From assembly GCA_964643995.1 (NCBI GenBank), contig CAZXUJ010000003.1:65927-129926 (forward strand): DNA of 64,000 nt. Direction: 5' to 3'. The translations under genes were made by a program, and so were the position numbers. Of this stretch, positions 61,290-64,000 are shown piece after piece. The DNA comes from an uncultured Candidatus Saccharibacteria bacterium. Its GTDB lineage: Bacteria; Patescibacteriota; WWE3; UBA101185; UBA10185. Every line of letters begins with the position of its first letter. Within the stretch, counting starts at the first letter, position 1. The notes below the pieces were generated by a model. That model worked only from the letters and a program-made list of their open reading frames with translations, was not told the DNA's origin and made no database searches.

Positions 61290-62990
61290 TTAGTGTTTTT
61301 TATTGTTATAGCAGGCTTCTATGAAGCCTATGAAAAGAGGGTGCGGTTCCAATGGTCTTGAGATGTATTCAGGGTGATATTGTGTTCCTACGAAGAAAGG
61401 ATGTACATCACGTGACAGTTCTATTGCCTCAGCAAGCTTGCCATCAGGCGATGTTCCGGAGATTATCAAACCAGCTTTTTCGAGTTGTTTTTTGTATTGG
61501 TTGTTAACCTCGTATCTGTGACGATGTCTTTCTTGAACAATACCTCCACGCCTTTTTTCGGTTTTGTAGTGTTTTTTATAAAGTTCTTCCAAAAGACTTC
61601 CGCTTTTTAGTTTACATGGCCATGCTCCAAGTCTAATTGTTCCTCCATATTCATCATTTTTCATATGTTTCTCTTGCTCAGGCATAATATAGATAACTGG
61701 ATCTTTAGTTTTAGGATTAGCTTCTGTTGAGTTAGCGTTTTTAAGCCCCAATACGTTTCTAGCATACTCAATGACAGCCATTTGCATACCAAAGCATAGT
61801 CCTAAGTAGGGTATTTTATTTTCTCTTGCAAACTGTACTGCACGTATTTTGCCCTCGACGCCTCGGCTGCCCCAACCTTGCGGAACTATAATTCCGTCAA
61901 ACTCTTTAAGCTCTTCTTCTATCTTTTTTCTTTCTTCGGGATTTTCAAATCTTTCTACATCAAACCATTGTATTGTGGGAGTGTTTCCTAGCCTCCATGC
62001 TGCGTGTTTTATGGCTTCGATTACGCAAACGTAGGCGTCTTGCAATACAGATGCTTGCCCTATGTTAAAGTATTTACCAATAATGGCTACTTTTACCCCT
62101 CCATTCGTTCGACTGGTACTTGCTACAAATTTTTCCCATTCTGTGTTTGGTTTTTTCTTTGGCTTTAAATCCATTTCTCCTAGGAGTTTCATACCTAAGT
62201 GCTGTTGTTTGAAGAGTAGGGGAATCTTATATATTGTATCGACGTCAGGTGCGCTTATTATGTGTTCTACGGGTATTCCTGCATTAAATGATATTAATGA
62301 TTTTTTCTTTTTATCGATCGGCTCGTGGCTTCTACAAATAACAAAATTTGGTTGCAGTCCTAGTTTATAAAGTTCATAAATAGATGCTTGTGCAGGTTTA
62401 CTTTTCAGCTCACCCAAAAATACAGGTTTTAAAAGATATACTAAATGAACTATAAAAACGTTTGGATTTTGTTGTTTTAATCTTCGAATTGCTTCAAAGA
62501 ACATTATGTTTTGATATTCTCCAACAGTCCCGCCGACTTCTATCATTATGATCTCGGCATCATCTTTGACGGCCGTTTCGTTTATTCGTCTAATTACTTC
62601 CTGGGGAATATGTACATGTCCTTCAACGTCTTCACCACCGTACTTTAGTTGTCGTTCACGTGTGATTACGTTGTAATAAATCTGCCCCATGGTCATGTAG
62701 TTGTGCTTCAACATGTTTTGATTAAGAAATCTTTCGTAGTTACCTAAATCTTGATCAGTTTCCATTCCATCGTTGGTTACAAAAACCTCACCATGTTCAA
62801 GAGGATTAATTGTTCCTGCATCTAAATTGAGATACATATCAACTTTTACTGCGGAGACTTTATAACCGTAAGATTTGAGAATTTGAGCGATAGAGGCTGT
62901 GCTAATACCTTTGCCGAGTCCTGAGATGACTCCACCAGTCACGAATACATATTTTAGATTCTTGTTTGGTTTAGGTTCTCTGGTGGGCAC
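61290..62990 (-). CDS. pyrG: CTP synthase
   Basis: TGGVISGLGKG, HGEVFV, GGTVG, GLCFGMQ, ERHRHRYE, QYHPE. Confidence 0.98.
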   Translation of the reverse strand: MPTREPKPNKNLKYVFVTGGVISGLGKGISTASIAQILKSYGYKVSAVKVDMYLNLDAGTINPLEHGEVFVTNDGMETDQDLGNYERFLNQNMLKHNYMTMGQIYYNVITRERQLKYGGEDVEGHVHIPQEVIRRINETAVKDDAEIIMIEVGGTVGEYQNIMFFEAIRRLKQQNPNVFIVHLVYLLKPVFLGELKSKPAQASIYELYKLGLQPNFVICRSHEPIDKKKKSLISFNAGIPVEHIISAPDVDTIYKIPLLFKQQHLGMKLLGEMDLKPKKKPNTEWEKFVASTSRTNGGVKVAIIGKYFNIGQASVLQDAYVCVIEAIKHAAWRLGNTPTIQWFDVERFENPEERKKIEEELKEFDGIIVPQGWGSRGVEGKIRAVQFARENKIPYLGLCFGMQMAVIEYARNVLGLKNANSTEANPKTKDPVIYIMPEQEKHMKNDEYGGTIRLGAWPCKLKSGSLLEELYKKHYKTEKRRGGIVQERHRHRYEVNNQYKKQLEKAGLIISGTSPDGKLAEAIELSRDVHPFFVGTQYHPEYISRPLEPHPLFIGFIEACYNNKKH

Positions 62991-63308
62991 GTCTAAGTAT
63001 ATCTAAAAATATTGTTTAACAGCAAGAGAGATTTTTTATAGTATTTTTCCCGCATTTGTGAATTGTTGATAACTTGAAGATAATTAAGTGATTATCGCAT
63101 ATATACCGCATATGGCTTTTCAACAGGTTTTGAGCATGATTTTTGAGCTTAATTCGGTCAATTAGGTACCATGTATTTTGACAGAAACATTTTTAAGTTC
63201 GATTTTCGGCTTACATTTTACATTGTTTAGCGGACAAACAACTATGTCGCCAGCAGTACATTAAGTTCAGTACTTTATGTATGGTGAACCTGATGGTAAT
63301 ATTAGATT

Positions 63309-64000
63309 ATGAAGACAATTACTTCTGAAAAGATTTTGGATCTTATTAAAAAACGTAAAAGGGTTAAATCAGAAGAAATTATCAATCATATTGGTTTGAC
63401 TGATAGAGCAGTGTACAAATCATTGAATAAATTAGTTGAGTCAGGGCAACTAGTTAGGCATGGAACTCCACCGAAGGTTCATTATAGTTTGGGAGTAGGG
63501 AATACACTTGCTAAGGTTACGGCGCTAGAGTATGTTGTGACGGAAGCTAGCCAAGTTGCAAAACTGTCAGAAACCTTATCTCCGGTAGTTAATTTGTGCT
63601 TACTTATACATAAGGATGGAAAGTTTTTAGCGCTGGAGTCGAGTGGTTGCTTGGAGCTACCAAGCATAGATATGAAATACTATGATAATATCCCCTCTAC
63701 AATTGAAAAAATATCTAGGTCTCAGCTTAAAGGTTTAAAGTTTTCTACAGCACAATGTATAAATACAGTTCAAACTTTATCCCTAGATAAATCCTTTGTT
63801 AGCATCAGTATTTGTTACATGTGCGACTATATCTCAGGTACTTCCACAACTAAAAAAATGTTTTGGGTTGATAAATCTTATTTATTATCCGGCAAAAAAC
63901 TCTCTCACGAGACTAAAACTATTCTAGTGGAGAATTATAAATATTTTGAATCCAGGTTAACTAAATCAAATGCCGAGACGCTTCATAGATCATCGCATAT
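63309..64000 (+). CDS. Winged-HTH protein with a degenerate NUDIX-like domain (3' partial; not in the ORF track)
   Basis: MKTITSEKILDLIKK...GLTDRAVYKSLNKLVESGQLVRHGTPPKVHY, then LLIHKDGKFLAL...LELPS; open to the window end. Confidence 0.7.
   Translation, partial: MKTITSEKILDLIKKRKRVKSEEIINHIGLTDRAVYKSLNKLVESGQLVRHGTPPKVHYSLGVGNTLAKVTALEYVVTEASQVAKLSETLSPVVNLCLLIHKDGKFLALESSGCLELPSIDMKYYDNIPSTIEKISRSQLKGLKFSTAQCINTVQTLSLDKSFVSISICYMCDYISGTSTTKKMFWVDKSYLLSGKKLSHETKTILVENYKYFESRLTKSNAETLHRSSH

Noticed and set aside
63055-63130. Two or three DnaA-box-like 9-mers (TGTTGATAA, TTTTCAACA) suggesting oriC
   Set aside because: Few and imperfect, with no dnaA/dnaN in view. The + strand looks G/T-rich (leading) throughout by eye, which does not fit an origin at the right end. 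A cumulative skew plot would be needed.

Overview
AT-rich bacterial chromosome segment, most consistent with a CPR/Patescibacteria genome (Microgenomates/WWE3-like). This is inferred from the short EF-Ts, missing pyrH, scarce Shine-Dalgarno sites and giant surface proteins. Housekeeping blocks: secE-nusG-rplK-rplA, a tRNA Thr-Tyr-Thr-Trp cluster, murA-murB-rpmB, def-fmt, topA, rpsB-tsf-frr-rseP-rpsU-yqeY-ybeY, pth, dnaX-recR-cysS, hisS, pyrG. Five things stand out. (1) A seven-gene F1-like ATPase operon has no subunit a, and its c-like gene lacks the ion-binding carboxylate and is fused to an exported beta-domain. The operon is transcribed divergently from a >2,380-aa MerR-HTH/TM/fibre-repeat protein missed by the ORF track. 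(2) An ~860-nt ORF-free, hairpin-dense region with a promoter, a long-range closing helix and a U-tail looks like a large structured ncRNA near the tRNA cluster. (3) There is a tandem cytidylyltransferase-HIT-deaminase-MtrA/thymidylate-synthase operon. (4) A P-loop kinase is fused to a prenyltransferase-fold domain. (5) Stand-alone small-ORF cassettes with strong SD sites and long imperfect hairpins are dispersed through the window. Also present: a probable 6S RNA, a cellulose-synthase-like cluster, a decayed LPXTG gene, a frameshifted sulfatase and a VapBC pair. All calls come from reading the sequence by eye; no searches were run.
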